64,000 bases of DNA. It comes from Bacillota bacterium (GTDB lineage Bacteria; Bacillota; JAAYKD01). The position numbers were made by a program, and so were the translations under genes. Below the pieces are notes generated by a model. It had not been told where the DNA came from, did no database searches, and worked only from the letters and a program-made list of their open reading frames with translations. This document shows positions 62,317 to 64,000 of the stretch, piece by piece (the stretch's first letter is position 1; each line of letters begins with the position of its first letter). The stretch spans positions 1 through 64,000 of the forward strand of contig OY762825.2 of NCBI GenBank assembly GCA_963666425.2, read 5' to 3'.

Positions 62317-63087
62317 TTACCCGCATTCTATACTGATCTGATTAAATAATCTAAGTAGGTATTCAATTGAAGTTTTCTTTTTTTCCTCGCCTGACTTGTC
62401 TAGGATGATTCTGCCTTGATGCAGCATGATTAGGCGATTACCGTATTCTGTCGCGTATCTCAGATTATGCGTCACCATGATCGTCGTGATACCCTTACTG
62501 CGTACGATTTTATCCGTCAATTCCATGATGATTTCCGCGGTTTTGGGGTCTAGTGATGCAGTGTGCTCGTCTAAAATTAAAAACTCAATCGGTGTGATGG
62601 TCGACATCAAAAGTGCCATCGCTTGACGCTGACCGCCGGACAGCGAACCGACCATCACATCCAGCTTATCTTCTAACCCGAGTCCGAGCTGCCGCAGGTT
62701 TTCACGGTAATACTCGATCCGCTTATTATTTGTGCCAAGACCGAGGTCGAACGGTTGTCCCTTATTGTCTGCCAGGGACATGTTTTCTAAAATCGTCATC
62801 TCTGAACACGTACCCATTGCGGGGTTTTGATACACCCTGCCAATACGCTGATAGCGCTTGAAATCTTTCATTTGCGTGATGTCTGTTTCACCAATCAATG
62901 TTTTTCCCGAATCGATTTCGATACAGCCGCAAATAATGTTGAGCATCGAAGTCTTGCCGCTTCCGTTCGAGCCAATTACGGACACAAATTCTCCGTCTTT
63001 GATCGCGAGATTGAAGTCTATAAAAAGACAGGTTTCGTTGATCGTGCCTGGGTTGTAGATTTTTGAGATACTGGTCAGATTAAGCAC
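62317..63087 (-). CDS. ABC transporter ATP-binding subunit (putative aromatic amino-acid uptake family)
   Basis: GSNGSGKT, LSGGQRQ, LDEHTASLDP and VTH; probable GTG start at 63087. Confidence 0.92.
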   Translation of the reverse strand: MLNLTSISKIYNPGTINETCLFIDFNLAIKDGEFVSVIGSNGSGKTSMLNIICGCIEIDSGKTLIGETDITQMKDFKRYQRIGRVYQNPAMGTCSEMTILENMSLADNKGQPFDLGLGTNNKRIEYYRENLRQLGLGLEDKLDVMVGSLSGGQRQAMALLMSTITPIEFLILDEHTASLDPKTAEIIMELTDKIVRSKGITTIMVTHNLRYATEYGNRLIMLHQGRIILDKSGEEKKKTSIEYLLRLFNQISIECG

Positions 63088-63958
63088 GATTCTTCCCCCT
63101 TGAATGCCGTTCTTGCCCAATGATCAGAATGATTAAAAACAGGGCTGCGGTCACAAGTTTCATGTCTGTTGCAGCAAGTCCGCAGGCAATTGCGATTGCT
63201 ACACAGGCCTTGTATAAGATACTCCCAATAATCACCGCGCTTGTTGGTTTAACCTTGGGCATACGCTGAAATAGATTGATTCCTATGATGACCGACGCGA
63301 GACCGATGACTACGGTTCCGGTACCCATTGAGATTTCGAAAAAACGCTGTTGCTGTGCCATGACACTTCCGCTCAGCGCGACTAGCGCATTGGCTATAAC
63401 GAGACCCAGAATCTTTATCGTGCCCTTGTCCTTTGCGAGTGAGGTGACAACCGTTGAATTGTCACCCACCGCACGCAGCAAATAACCAGATTTTGTTTTT
63501 AAGTAGCAATCTAATAGGAATTTAGCAAGCAGTACAACGATGCAGATAATCATCAGCGTTTTATAGGGTGCGAGTAGGCCGGAAAATATCTGATCAACAA
63601 ATCTATTTTTGAAGATGGTTGTCATGCTGAAGATCGGCACATTCGCCTTACCCGCAATATGCAGATTAATTGAATACAGCGCGGTCATCGTGATGATTCC
63701 CGAGAGTAAATCGCGGACCTTTAGTTTAACATGGATCAGCCCGGTAACAAAACCCGCTGCGCCACCCGCAGCAAAAGCGACCATCATCGCGAGGATGGGA
63801 TTGCACCCGTTTGCTATGAGGTTTACCGTTACCGCAGCACCCAGGGGATACGTTCCGTCGACGCTCAGGTCAGGGAAGTCTAAAATTTTGTAGGTGATGT
63901 AGACGCCGATTCCAATAATCGCATATATCATTCCCTGTTCCAGTATGCCAATTAACAT
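63080..63958 (-). CDS. ABC transporter permease
   Basis: LDFPDLSVDG..PLG, LYSINL, LRAVGDN and GLASVIIG; ATG 63958 after GAGGT. Confidence 0.9.
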   Translation of the reverse strand: MLIGILEQGMIYAIIGIGVYITYKILDFPDLSVDGTYPLGAAVTVNLIANGCNPILAMMVAFAAGGAAGFVTGLIHVKLKVRDLLSGIITMTALYSINLHIAGKANVPIFSMTTIFKNRFVDQIFSGLLAPYKTLMIICIVVLLAKFLLDCYLKTKSGYLLRAVGDNSTVVTSLAKDKGTIKILGLVIANALVALSGSVMAQQQRFFEISMGTGTVVIGLASVIIGINLFQRMPKVKPTSAVIIGSILYKACVAIAIACGLAATDMKLVTAALFLIILIIGQERHSRGKNRA

Positions 63959-64000
63959 AGCCACTGCTACCTCAATCCATAAACCAAACCAAATCACAAT

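Overview
This is chromosomal DNA from a Bacillota (Clostridia-like) bacterium, with nearly all genes on the + strand. It has three zones. (i) About 1-24.5 kb is an accessory patchwork: M23 peptidase, a RIC-like/P1B-ATPase/HMA metal module, an SOS-box-controlled AlkD-like gene, four alpha/beta hydrolases, macrodomain-HTH plus vWA, and GGDEF/EAL proteins. (ii) About 24.6-51.9 kb is mostly core genes: sbcDC, GH29 fucosidase, ftsZ, nrdR, yggS-sepF-yggT-divIVA, racemase, lspA, rluD, pyrR, rqcH, yicC-remA-gmk-rpoZ, comB, tilS-hpt-ftsH, cyclodeaminase, proS and pyk. (iii) About 52-64 kb is accessory again: crcB, a GT2/GT-C/flippase-like module, PAS-EAL, MFS, GH3 lipoprotein, flavodoxin and an ABC transporter. 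The most striking unexplained structure is a 25-bp dispersed repeat, CCAAGGGGACGGGGGTGTTGGCACA, with 15 copies found by eye (11 exact). It occurs as four perfect inverted doublets of about 28-30 bp and as single halves. Most copies lie at or inside gene 3' ends, they bracket accessory modules, none were seen in the 34-kb stretch 17.4-51.9 kb, and two loci carry local duplications. This is a candidate REP/REPIN-like, possibly gene-capturing, element; no candidate transposase or recombinase was recognised in the window. No rRNA, tRNA or CRISPR array was recognised. All calls are by-eye motif recognition, not database searches.
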